In this document: one piece after another, positions 1 to 31,583 of the stretch
How positions within the stretch are numbered: the first letter of the stretch is position 1
How the letters are laid out: every line of letters starts with the position of its first letter
Origin: Amoebidium appalachense
Taxonomy: Eukaryota; Protista; Ichthyosporea
Reading direction: 5' to 3'
NCBI GenBank assembly: GCA_963693365.1
Contig: CAVNZM010000011.1
Span: 3,639,098-3,703,097 of the forward strand
DNA: 64,000 nt
Translations under genes and position numbers: made by a program
The notes under the pieces: generated by a model
Database searches by the model: none
What the model saw: only the letters and a program-made list of their open reading frames with translations
Told to the model about the DNA's origin: nothing

Positions 1-29
1 TTGGAGAAACAAGTGAAAATTAAATACTA

Positions 30-13277
<13,248 letters not shown>

Positions 13278-13845
13278 TCTCCCCACTGTGCATGCACACG
13301 TCGACGTGATGCCACGGAGTGCTTCCCGGAATGTCGTACTGGTAGGAGCATAGGTCGCCCCAATCACAAACGTTTAAGGCATAACAACGTCACGGTTACA
13401 CCTGTGCTTTGACCCGTATAACGCGCACTAAAGACACTAGAAATATCTGTTTATATATACCTGCATGAATATTGCTTAGCATGCACCATTCTACCTACAA
13501 TAGCACTTCATAAGTATCGATCGATGCGCACATACGCGCATGTCACAGTGCATGAGCGATCTCTTCGTCATAATGACGTCACACTTTGCAATGACTGCGC
13601 CTCCTCACCCAATGAAATCCTTCGCTTTTGGCGCGAAAATGCCAGGCTGCTCGCAGGTTTTCGTTAAATTTTAGAGCACAAAAGGGCGCGTTGGCCACAA
13701 CAGTCCGTTCAGTATTTTCTCCTTCTCTTGTGCGAACAAGGTTTTTTTGCTATGAAAATAAGTGCTGAGTTTCCTCTCCCTCCCCAAAAATAGTGCTTTT
13801 GTAAGAAGTTTCGGTTATTGTACGAAAGAAAGCGCACATGTTTTT
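13278..13845. promoter_or_regulatory. Putative bidirectional SPATA5/TYMS promoter
   Basis: Repeat-free gap between divergent genes containing TGACGTCA (13574-13581), CCAAT (13609-13613) and TTTGGCGCGAAA (13627-13638), a double E2F site. Confidence 0.7.
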
Positions 13846-14013
13846 ATGATGCTTTTGGGCCTTAGAGTGAGCCAATTGTTTGGTGGAGCGACTTTGAGCA
13901 ATCGGCGTGCAAGTGGTGATATAGCGCGAAAGTATATTTCTAGTGGTTTTGTGTGTCTTAAGGTTAAATCCAGAGGAAAAGCACGTGCAAAAGAACAAGA
14001 AATTAACGCAAAC

Positions 14014-20296
<6,283 letters not shown>

Positions 20297-21335
20297 ATAA
20301 GGCAACATTGTAGCCTCAAGGATTGGTGGCTTTTGCTGGATCGGTGCTTCACTGAATGCGCAAGCAATTAGTTTCTATTTCTGATCGGGAAATCCTCCAT
20401 ACAAACAGTTTTGTGTGGATTTCTGCAGGGTTTTTCCTTCCTTGAACGGAACATATTTATGTATCTGCATACCTTAGTATAAATATCACCAATCGTGGAT
20501 ACATGCTTGTTAGAAAAACGGGGCTGGCTGACTATAGGCAGTGTACGTACGCCTCACATATATTAGTACCGATATCTTTTCCTGGCTGATTATTCACATT
20601 TTTGCAACAGTAATGTGTAGTTGTGTTTTCTGTAGCATGTGTCGCCGAAACACTGCACTCCAAGCTAAACACCGTGCAGGTGCATGCTTCCTATATTCTA
20701 CCAATCATTCCTAAGCAATAATAATCCAAGTCGAGTTTTTTGGCTTCCCATACCCTATTCTTCATGTCTATTGGACACAGGTGCCACATAATATTAGTTC
20801 GGTACCCAGTATTGCTATATGATGTCCCCCCCTAGGCTGTTCGAAACCGAAACTAGACTTCAAGTTGGTGTGCTACTTGCCATATATGGTAAAAATGGGC
20901 CTGGTGCCTATATACTCATCGTATCCCCGTCCTGTCTATCGCTCCCCCGCCCCCCCCCTTACTCCACCCACCCCACCTCCGAACCCATCCCCACACACAC
21001 ACCCACACACCTCCACACACACAGAAACCCGTGGCACCCTATAGATGATGGGCTTCGCGCGTATGCTGCTGACTTTGTTTATGTGTGTGTGTGATTTGAG
21101 CTTCACCTTTTGCGCACAAATTTCATGTTATGTCATAGTGTTACTGTATATCGCATCCTCCCCCCCCCCCCCCCCCCCCCCCGTTTCACTTCTACAACTA
21201 TGCTCACTTGTGCATCATTCGTGCGTGTACACGTCTTCGCCTCCCCCCCCCCCCCCCCCCCGTCCTCCACGTGCACCGTGGGACACACACACACACACAC
21301 CACACACACACACACACACACGCACACACAACTTA

Positions 21336-21369
<34 letters not shown>

Positions 21370-21677
21370 AACACACTCACACTCACACTACCAATATTTT
21401 GCCCATAAATTCCATGCACACTATTGCTGGCACACACTAGGCGCCTGCACACTCCGGTTGTTCCACATGTATTGCACCAAGTCTGCAAGTGCGGTCCGAT
21501 GCAGCGCACTTTTTTTGCGAGCCCAGGCAGCTGCGCATGACATTTGTAATGCATGCCGCATGTTCAATGATTCGATCGTATATGCATAGCTCACTTACTA
21601 GGTCAATGCTTAGCCAGGGTCCTCCCCCCCCCCCCCCCCCTCCCCCCCTCCCCCCCTTCCCCCCCCTCCCCCCCCCC

Positions 21678-21710
<33 letters not shown>

Positions 21711-22407
21711 CCTTCTGATCGCTCCTCCCCTCTCTCTTCCGGCTTTCCGGGTCCCTGCAGCATGGCCGCACGCTACCTGAGGTCTTTCTGAGTTGCAAAA
21801 GAAAAAGCCGGTATACAAATACTAGTACGTACTGGCAAAGAGATAATTGCAGCTGATGAAAAATTGACATTTTTTTACAATTCATACACCATAGATGCGT
21901 CTGGGTATACGTTACATACGTGTAGTGCAAGACGAATTGAGATTAACGTTTTAAAATTTTGTCTATAGAGTATGCCATTGGTCACCATAGTGGCCATGGC
22001 CCTACCTAATTGATCGAAAATACATGCACCGGCACCGGTTTCCCCCAGCACAGTTACTAGTTGGATATGTGTGCATGTGTGAGAGCGTGCCCGTGCGCTT
22101 GCATATGCGTGCGTGCTTGGTTGCGCGCGCGTGTGTGTGTAGGTGCCAGACGGGCACCGCTCGGGGGAAGGGGGGGGGGGGGGGGGGGGAGGGGGGAGAG
22201 AGAGAGGGGGGAGGGAGGGGGGAGGGGGAGAGAGAGGGGGGGGGGGGGGGGAGGGGGGAGGGGAGGGGGGGAAGGAATTCGAAATACAGTACCAATTGCA
22301 AGCACAACTTTATAAATTTAAGAAACACGATGCAGGATACATGCAAAAGCAAACACTCTAATTACCATGCAATATTTGAAAAGCCTGCAGAGGGGCAGGA
22401 AGACACG

Positions 22408-22458
<51 letters not shown>

Positions 22459-22500
22459 ACTGAGTATGCATGCAACATTTGAAAACCCGGGAGGATGGGA

Positions 22501-22535
<35 letters not shown>

Positions 22536-23758
22536 AACTCCCAAGTATGCAACATTTGAAGAAACAGGGGGGGGGGGGGGGGGGGGGGGGAGGGGGGGGG
22601 GGGGGAGGGGGGGGGGGACCGTGTGACACGCATGCACACCACACATGAAAATTCGAGCGACCCACACCATTCGAATTCACAGACACCCACGTGTCTATAA
22701 GCACACAGAATACGATGCCAAATGCCAAATCCCAACACGCACAGATGCATTCACAAAGAGCAATATGGCTCACACACACGCAGAACAACTTTACCCATTC
22801 GCCCAGCATTCGAACCTCCACATCACACAGCATATAACACGTGCAAGAGATTGGAAAGAAAAGGTGGAGGGAGATTGGAACTGGAATAGATGCAAGTGTA
22901 GATGTGCTTGGCAGCTACCTGCTGCACTCTTGGATATGTTTACTTGTCATGCGGCGTGCGCACAGTGCACTATGCCACAAGAGATATAGAGATATACTAT
23001 CATTTAATACCAATTCAGATATACACCATGAGATACAATTGTGTCTGCTATCTAGTTCAACCTAATAAACTACTGGAATCCTGTTCATTGGTTCGGACCA
23101 TAAAGGCAGTACGGGTTAAGACAAATCGTGTTCCTAAGTTTGGCTCGTGTCAAATCGGATGTAACCCAATCTATGATATTTATGAAGGTGTGTGTGTGTG
23201 TGTGTGCGCGCGCGTTTGTGTGGGTGGGTGCATGTGTATGTGTATGTACTCGCGTGCACGTGGGAAACTCCGGTGCAAGGCAGGGGAAAAGGAGAGGGAA
23301 CAGAACGGATATACTTATGTTTATGTGCCATCGCGCTTGTGTGTGTGCTAGTGTGTGAGTAAACGGGGACGCAGGCATATGCGTCAGCTTGCATGTGTGT
23401 GTGTTTGTCTGTGTGGGTGTGGAAATGCATATGTGCATTAAAAAAGGGAAAAGATACACCAGAGTGCCTGATGACCGGCATCAACTCTTAAAACACCTTC
23501 TGATTGGTTCGTGCCTGGCATACGATACATCGGTTACCATGGAACCATACCCCCGTCCCCCCCCCCCCCCCCCCCCCCCCCCTCCCCCCCCTCCCCCCCC
23601 CCCCCCCCCTTCCCCCCCCACCTACACACACACACACCACCACCACTAACACCTACACACCATACACTTACTGGATTTATTAATAAGGGCAGTGTGTGTG
23701 TTTGCGCGTGCGTGCGTATGCACGTTTTTTTTTTTTTTTTTTGAGTGTGAGTGAAAGA

Positions 23759-23798
<40 letters not shown>

Positions 23799-23923
23799 CA
23801 CAATGTGGTTGGGTGGTGGGTGGGGGGTGGCCAGGGGGGGGGGGGGGGGAGGGGACGGATGGGATGGTGAAAAGGGCACACAACAGCACACTACATAGGC
23901 TAATCGTTTAACCCCAGACAAAC

Positions 23924-24655
23924 CTAACCAGCGTTTTCCGGAACCGGTAATATCCCCAACTCATTCTCCAACAACGGCACCAATTCCCTCCCATCATCCC
24001 TTCTCCGCACATGCTCCAGAACCTCTTTGAGGTGCCGCCGTACAGGGAGGGATGATGTCAAGTTTCTAATGGCCAATTGCTGTCTTTGGATTCCTGTTAT
24101 CCCCGTGGGTTTCACTGGCGCGAAATGTTTATCGTAATACATGAGTGCGTCACCGACCATTCTTAAAGCGACACGATAGTCTGTCCACCATTTCATGATC
24201 CATTCCCCGAGCATTTCACCTATGTGCCTCCCTCCACCGTTTTCGTACACCATTTTCACTAGAGTTCCTTTTAGTTCATTATTCAGCCCGGCAACCCCAT
24301 CGTGCCTGTAGCACACAACCAGCATGTTTCGTTCATTTTCGAGCACGATTTTCGAGAGCGCTTGCCCGGATAGAATACAACTTTTGGTTATTTCTGTATT
24401 TATGGCATCGGAAAGCAGTGCACCCCTGTTGTGAAACACCACCAAATAACAGTGCCGGTACAATTCCTCAAAGTTGAACTGCCCCGTGTCCCATTCCCTT
24501 CTTGGGCGTGTGAAAACTGTATCCATAAACCCAACCAATTTTGGTAGTAATTCCTCAGGAGTAGGACGGCGTACGATGGGAGGTCGTTTTTCTGGAAGGG
24601 TGTAGGGCTGGCCGGGCCTTTGGGCGCGGTCACGCGGCGCATTTGCTGAAGACAT
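23924..24655 (-). CDS. Intronless 243-aa protein consisting of a cullin N-terminal repeat only (Cul3-like motifs, CACUL1-like architecture)
   Basis: High-complexity ATG-to-TAG ORF with FNFEELYRHCYLVVFHNRGALL and WTDYRVALRMVGDALMYYDK, matching Cul3 repeat-1 motifs as recalled (SFEELYRNAYxMVLHKHG, WxDHxxAMxMIRDILMYMDR). No C-terminal cullin domain. Confidence 0.8.
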   Translation of the reverse strand: MSSANAPRDRAQRPGQPYTLPEKRPPIVRRPTPEELLPKLVGFMDTVFTRPRREWDTGQFNFEELYRHCYLVVFHNRGALLSDAINTEITKSCILSGQALSKIVLENERNMLVVCYRHDGVAGLNNELKGTLVKMVYENGGGRHIGEMLGEWIMKWWTDYRVALRMVGDALMYYDKHFAPVKPTGITGIQRQQLAIRNLTSSLPVRRHLKEVLEHVRRRDDGRELVPLLENELGILPVPENAG

Positions 24656-25261
24656 GTTGCCGGCAGAATTATGAAATGGGGTCAGGACGAGTGTATGTTA
24701 GCACGAACGAGTAGCCATGGTGTGAAGGGGTTGGGAAACAGCTTTTGGTGGTGTGTGTGTGTGCCTGCGTGCAAGTGTGTGTGCCTGCGCTTCTGTGCCT
24801 GCGTTTATTTGTGGGTTTGTTTTATTTCAAGTGGGCGTATGCCACAGCCACAGCACATGGACCTAATAAGGTTCGCAAACTCGAGTGCCCCTTCCCTAGG
24901 TGCTCCCACTCTTGTGCTAGGCTAGCGCACACTAACGAATTGATGCTATAATCTACACCGTAAAGCTCGTATGCAGCAAGTTTCGCAAGCGTACCTCACT
25001 CCCCCTTTATTCACTGCCGTAGCCACCCAAACAATTCCCCGAACGAGTTTCTCTAAAACAAAACACGTACGTTCAATACGAATCAAAGAAAAGTGAGGGT
25101 CTTCTTAGGGACAATTACAGGAAACACTATGTTTACACAGACTGGTGCTTTGTTGGGCTCTCCTGCTCTCGAGGCTGTTTTGAAACGTCTTACAAACTAA
25201 TTTCCGAATTACAAAATAGTTATCTTTCTGGTATCCAAATATTAAAACGGGCCTGATTAGT

Positions 25262-26008
25262 ATGGTGCCGGACATCGTAGATCGACCCCTCCGGAAACTC
25301 CGATCATATGGATAGATCCAGCTCAATAAAACATGTAAATGTGGGTGTGGTGGGGCGCAAATTGCATTTTTGGACAGGTCTCATCGAGTGCTTGGGGGCT
25401 ACGTTTTGAGCGGCTGAAAAATCTTGAAAAATAAAAAGTTTTCTAATAGTGAAAATTTTGACCCCGATGAGGGGTGCATATGACGTCATCGCTTTTTACC
25501 ACATGCATATCTCGATACCCTCATAGTCGACCAAGCACTTTCTTTGCAGTTTTGGACTCGTCTCGTCGAGACCTGTCGAGCCATACCACTGGCACTTGTC
25601 TGTGGCCTTTATTTCAGAAGCTCATTTTCACAAATTTCACTGATACACCATCTGAGTTGGTGGGTACGGGTTTTCGGGAGGGGGCTCGGCAGGGTGGGTT
25701 AGTTGCTAGCAAATGGTTACCCATAGCCTGTAGTTGTTGCCTTGTGCTAGAAGTGCCGCTCTTGGTTCCCCGCTCGGGACCAGGGGCAGCGTTAGTTTGA
25801 GTGAAGCATAACCATGGGGCGTGTTAGCAATAGGACCAAACAATGCCGAACAGCGGCAAAGGCCCCCGTTAAGTTGAAGCGTTCTGCGGGAGAGCTTTCT
25901 GCAGAGCTCAGGCTTGGTAAACGTGTAGCCATGTGTGAGGGGGGCGAGGATGACGGGGGCAAGGGGCAATAAAGAACAAAGAAACATGCACAGACACTCA
26001 CACACAAA

Positions 26009-26040
<32 letters not shown>

Positions 26041-26094
26041 TAGAAAGAGAAAGGGAGAGAGAAAGACAGAGAGAGAGAGAGAGGGAGAGAGAGG

Positions 26095-26176
<82 letters not shown>

Positions 26177-26278
26177 GGGGGAGGGGGGAGGGGGAGAAAG
26201 AGAATTGGAGATGGGGGAGAGGAGGAGGGGGGGGGGAGGAGAGACACACGGAGAGGGGGGGGGGGGGGGGGGGAGAGG

Positions 26279-26320
<42 letters not shown>

Positions 26321-26321
26321 T

Positions 26322-26370
<49 letters not shown>

Positions 26371-27266
26371 TGTGTGGGAAAAGGGGGAGGGGGAAGGGGG
26401 GGGGGGGGGGGGGGGGTGGACCCGGAGAAGCTGAGAAACAATAGTTATTTTTTGCTTTTTTTTTTTTTGTTCCCGAAACAAACTGGTCAATTAAACTTCT
26501 GGGGTAGGAGAAGGAGAGGGGGAGAGGGGGAGAGGGGGAGGGGGGGGGGGGGAGAGGGAGGAGGGGGGGAGGGGGAGGGGGGAGGGGGGCAGTCAATGGA
26601 GGAAAGAACTTACGCAATGAGCCAGACGCACTCTGTCGGAGTTGGGGGTAGCCGGGTCATATGAGAGATAGAAAAAGATGTTTTCATACTTCAACTCTGT
26701 TTGATTTTTTTTGAAAGACTCGAACTTCACACTGCAGCCGTGTCCATAACACTTGCTTCCACCCCGTGCGCATATTTTGCTCTGCAACTTGCAGTCTCTT
26801 TGCATGAACGTGTAATCTGGGTTGCCTGAAGTGAGACGGCGGGGTCTCGTTATGTCCTCATAGAGAACCATGGTTGCGTGCAGACAAGCCGTGTCCGAGT
26901 AACAGGCTCCGAGAACGTTGATTACCGACACGAACAGTTCTGAGAAGCTGCCAGCACTGGAACGCCCGATACATGGACGCCAAGAAACTGCACTTAATTA
27001 GCTTAAAATTTGCGCAAAATTTGCGCAAAAAACTAATTACGCGCTAATTACGCGCTAATTATTACTAATAAAACACTAATTACTCATTAATTAAAGGTTT
27101 GAGGGGCCCATGACGTCATCGTTTTTTCATAATAGACATATCGCGAAAAAAAAGGTATGGGCGTGATCCTCTCGTCGAGGGGACCTCTAAACTGCTTTCG
27201 CCTTCACGGTATCGCGATCGGGGGGCCAGATATCTATAGGGTGCCATCTACGATGTCCGGCACCAT
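25262..27266. mobile_element. ~2.0 kb non-autonomous TIR DNA transposon
   Basis: Perfect 21-bp TIR ATGGTGCCGGACATCGTAGAT (25262-25282 / 27246-27266) flanked on both sides by AGT; TGACGTCATC and CTCGTCGAG motifs recur in both arms; no recognisable transposase. Confidence 0.85.
26025..26590. repeat. (GA)n / G-run purine block
   Basis: Long GA dinucleotide and G tracts read directly. Confidence 0.9.
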
Positions 27267-28169
27267 AGTTCTACGAGATAGCCACACATGAAGGGCCTTG
27301 AAATGTTTTTCTCTTGGCTGGGATTTATTGATCAGTGGTCCAGGGGATATGAAGGCAACGTGCAGCCACACTGAGGCTACATGACCACCAAAATAACCGA
27401 CTTCGAAAGAGCCACAGCGATGAAATAAAAAATAAAACAACAAGTGACCAAAGGACACCAGCGGGCAAAGGTAGAAGTGCACGTGTTTGCGTGAAACTAG
27501 TTTGCTCCAACTAGTCATATGCAGCGATGATGACCAGGCCACACTCCGCAAGAAGACATCATTACTGCTGCCCCCCAACAGGCCCCCCTCAAAACCTACC
27601 GGGGCACAGCAAGCAAGTCAGCAATTTAAAGAGCAAAGCAGACCAAATCCGAGCGAGAAAACAGTGACAACTGTTTCCTGAGCTTTGCGGCTGCAGCTGC
27701 AGCTGAAAGCCTGTTTGGAGGGCAACTGCACCAGTAGAACGTCTTTACAAGGTGTAGGCCCGAAGTGTGAAGTCCAAGTGTCAACCTAGACACGTCGAAT
27801 CTAGGCCAAGAAGACGGGCAGAGAGGCCATGTGGATAATGTGGAAGCCGGGAGTCAAGGAACGGGAATAATTCTAGATGTGATGGGAAACAGAAGACTCG
27901 AGATCCAGTCTGAAAGGCTATAATAGCCTTATGGACGAGTGGCTATTGGTGATAGTGCAGAGGGAGGGGATAGGTGGAGAATGCATTACGAAAAAGCACA
28001 TGAGTAGGTGTGAAAGGAGATAGCATGGTAGTGGCCGTGGGGGAGAGATGGGGAGAGGTCGAGGACCTGCTTGGAAGCTCAACTGTTTTGGTGAAGAGGG
28101 GGGCCGGGGGACGGGGGTGGGGTGGGGTGGGGTGTGTGTGTGTGTGTGGGGGGAGGGGGGGAGGGGGAG

Positions 28170-28718
28170 GTTAGGCAGGGAGAGAGAGTGAGAGAGTGAG
28201 ATGGAGAGAGGAGGGGAGGGGGGGTAGAGGGAGAGAGGGTGTGTGTGTGTGTGCGTGCGTGAGGAAGGGATCCGGAGGGAGGGAAGGGATGGTCTGAGAA
28301 GGAGAGAGACCGGTAGGGAATCTCGTAATTATCCACGGGAGTTCGGAGGGAGGGAGGGAGGGAGGGCGGGGAGAGAGAGAGAGAAAGCGCGAAAGAGGGA
28401 GACCGAGAGACCGAGAGAGAGAGAGACAGAAAAAATGGGTGAGAGAGTCTGAGGGGGAGAGAGAGAACCTCGGTAAGCTTTGGGGGGAGAGGGAGGAATT
28501 GGGGAGAGAGAGGGCCCTGGAAAAGAATATGAGCTCAACAAAGAGGTTTTTTTTTTTCTTTTTTTTTTTTTTTCTTTTTTTTTTTTTGGGGGGGGGGGGG
28601 GGGGGGAGAGAGAAGGGAGACAGTAAGCGGGGGAAGGAGAAAGACAAGGAGGGGAAGGGGTGGGGGGGGGGGGGGGGGGGGAGTAGAGAAAAGGGGGGGG
28701 GGAGGGAGAGAGAGAGCC

Positions 28719-28760
<42 letters not shown>

Positions 28761-28810
28761 GGGGGGGGGGGGAGAGAGAGGGAAAGGGGGGGGGAGGGAG
28801 AGAGAGAGCC

Positions 28811-28854
<44 letters not shown>

Positions 28855-28887
28855 GGGGGGGGGGGGGGAGAGAGAGAGGGAAAGGGG

Positions 28888-28929
<42 letters not shown>

Positions 28930-28933
28930 CGGG

Positions 28934-28989
<56 letters not shown>

Positions 28990-29037
28990 CGGGGGGAGAG
29001 AGAGAGAGAGAGAGTATGTGTGTGTGCGTGTGTTAGG

Positions 29038-29070
<33 letters not shown>

Positions 29071-29098
29071 GGTGAGAGGGTGAGAGGGAGGAAGAGAG

Positions 29099-29134
<36 letters not shown>

Positions 29135-29139
29135 AGGAG

Positions 29140-29222
<83 letters not shown>
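28170..29222. repeat. Polypurine (GA)n / G-run block
   Basis: ~1 kb of mostly purines on the plus strand with duplicated interruptions (gccggata, actcgggggg). Confidence 0.9.
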
Positions 29223-29224
<2 letters not shown>

Positions 29225-29758
29225 GGTATCAGAATACACATTTCCGTACGTACTTGTCTGTGACTTCGATTGCACACAATCACAACGTCGTGCACAACCA
29301 CCAATGTGACTATTCATGGCTCTCAGAGCATAGACCACGTGAAGCAATTATTATAACATGCCAATACTGGCAGTCACGATCGAAGGGAGCTTAGTACCCC
29401 GGCATCAATTACCTTTGGAGAAGTGGAAGGTGCACGATAGCAACGGTTAAAAAAAACCGAGCGTCACACTTCAAGAACACTCAAGGGCCAGCACACCGAG
29501 TGGAACAAAAAAATTGTAACATGGGCAAACAAACACAAACATGCTGAAGAAACGGGTCAAGTCAAGTTGCCATCATCGGCATAGTTTTGCGCATGCACGC
29601 CGTTAACAGCACCCTGTCCGTTTCCGCTAAGAATTCCAAGCCTAACTTGCAATGCGCGTGCACGTATATGCCGTCTTTGGGTGCAAGAGCGCTCAAGGAA
29701 GCAGGTTTGGCCGGTGGTGGATAGTGAGGTTACACATACGTTGCCCACCGAGGTTTTG

Positions 29759-29972
29759 ACGGGAGCCCTGTGCCTTTGAGGAGTGTATGTTAACTCAACG
29801 CATATAAAGTGATGTAAACCACTACCGCGTGTTCGTACAAGGCCAGGCGGTGGTGTCTTAACAACGTTTTGTGGATTCGCCGTTGGCCTTATACGAACAC
29901 CCGGTAGTGGTTTACATCACTTCATATGCGTTGATAATCATTGTCCACTCCTCAAAGGCACAGGGCTCTCGT
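29759..29972. repeat. Long inverted repeat (~90-bp arms, ~30-bp loop): fold-back MITE or hairpin RNA locus
   Basis: gagccctgtgcctttgaggagtg...tgatgtaaaccactaccg..tgttcgta pairs with tacgaaca..cggtagtggtttacatca...cactcctcaaaggcacagggctc. Confidence 0.9.
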
Positions 29973-30098
29973 TTGGGTTTGTGTATTTGGGTGTAGTCGG
30001 CCCGTAAAACTACGAGTTGGACGAGGTCGCACTCGGCTGCTCAGCGCACTGTCAAACTGTGAGCTCATGTAGTCACTCTGGGTGCTGTCTTCCCTGCG

Positions 30099-30134
<36 letters not shown>

Positions 30135-31583
30135 TAGAGCTCATGATCCATAATGGCATGTGTGGAGAGATTCACAGTGATCTCCCAAAACTCCCTGTTG
30201 TGGGTCTGTGAATTTAGGAACTATATATTCATTGTTTTCTTTTTCGTTCAACTTCAACGCCAACGGTTGAGTTCTGGACCGGTGGAAATTTTGGGAACCC
30301 ATTGTCACATGTGTGTACAACAGCAATCCTTTCTCTCCAGAGCATTTCATGAAATGTAGATGAAAAATATATTTAGCCTTATAGCTCGTTACTGGAAGTG
30401 CATATTGGGTTGCACTAATAGGTCTTGCACATAACTGCAAACGGAGTCTCGCATTCTTGGGAGCTTTGGCAGGATACATTTCTCCTGCTGTACGTATGGA
30501 TACCACCCTAGTAGATAAGTCTGTATGGTGCTCTGATGTTGATATTGCCTGGGAAGTTGTGCAGTGGCGTTGTAATTCTTGTTTTCATCGCCGCTGGTGC
30601 CACTTTTGTGCTGAACATTTTAATCGCAAGCATGTTGCAACAATAGGTGTGAGTTTTTATGTCGCGTTTTACCTCTTTCCACGTATACGGGTGTCTGCTA
30701 CACTAGCTGGCAATGTGAACACTTTAGACTTTTTGTTGAATTCTGTTGGTCGTCACATTAAGTATTTATATGATTTTCACACAGTGTTCAGGTATCTCAG
30801 TATGCACTTGTTACTGGATAACTCGTGAAGTTTTTATTGTCTTCTCAGTATGCCGTGCATACTTGCATATCTTTCCGTCGAATAAATCCAGTCAAAAGAA
30901 AAAAAAATTGATGCCCTACGACAAGCCCACCATGGAAGTATAGTTACAGATAAAAAAGACATACCTGTGGAGATTCCTTTCGGACCAGTGGCGTACATGC
31001 GCAACGTCCTGTTTAGTGTATGCTGTGTACACCGACACAAACACATGTATGAGGTGACGCTAAATCAATGAAAGCGAGAAAGTACACAAGTACAAGACAC
31101 AAAGGTGATTTGGGCTCATTATTGCCGCACATATATTAAATTAGCTGCTTTCCTTCGGCTCTCCGGAGGAATTTGTGGAGTACTATGAAGCGCGCAAATT
31201 TTGGGTAGCTCAGTGATCTGACATTATGTGATGTAGCAATAAACGTTTTTAATGTGAGTGCCGAACGGAAATATCTTTTTAAAGCTAGCTTTAAAACTTA
31301 ATCTCTATTTTTAACAATTTGCTTATTCACCGCCCCCTGTGCATACCGTTTGCATGCCAACGATGACCGATGCAATAAAACTTTTCAAAACGGTGCCATT
31401 TCGTTCACACCAGACACGAGCAGCTGGCAGCTCGAACGGGTGATTACAAAGTAACGAAGTTTTCTCCGCCTTGTGTCCTGTAATAAGTTCGCGCTTTCCT
31501 TTCCCTACAAAGAAGCCTTACATCTCCAACCTTTTTCACTTTATACACAAGCACACCAACTCTACACAAAGAACGCGACGAAA

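Noticed and set aside
30141-30830. Degenerate transposase or gene remnant
   Set aside because: High-complexity sequence but no recognisable motif in any frame and frequent stops.
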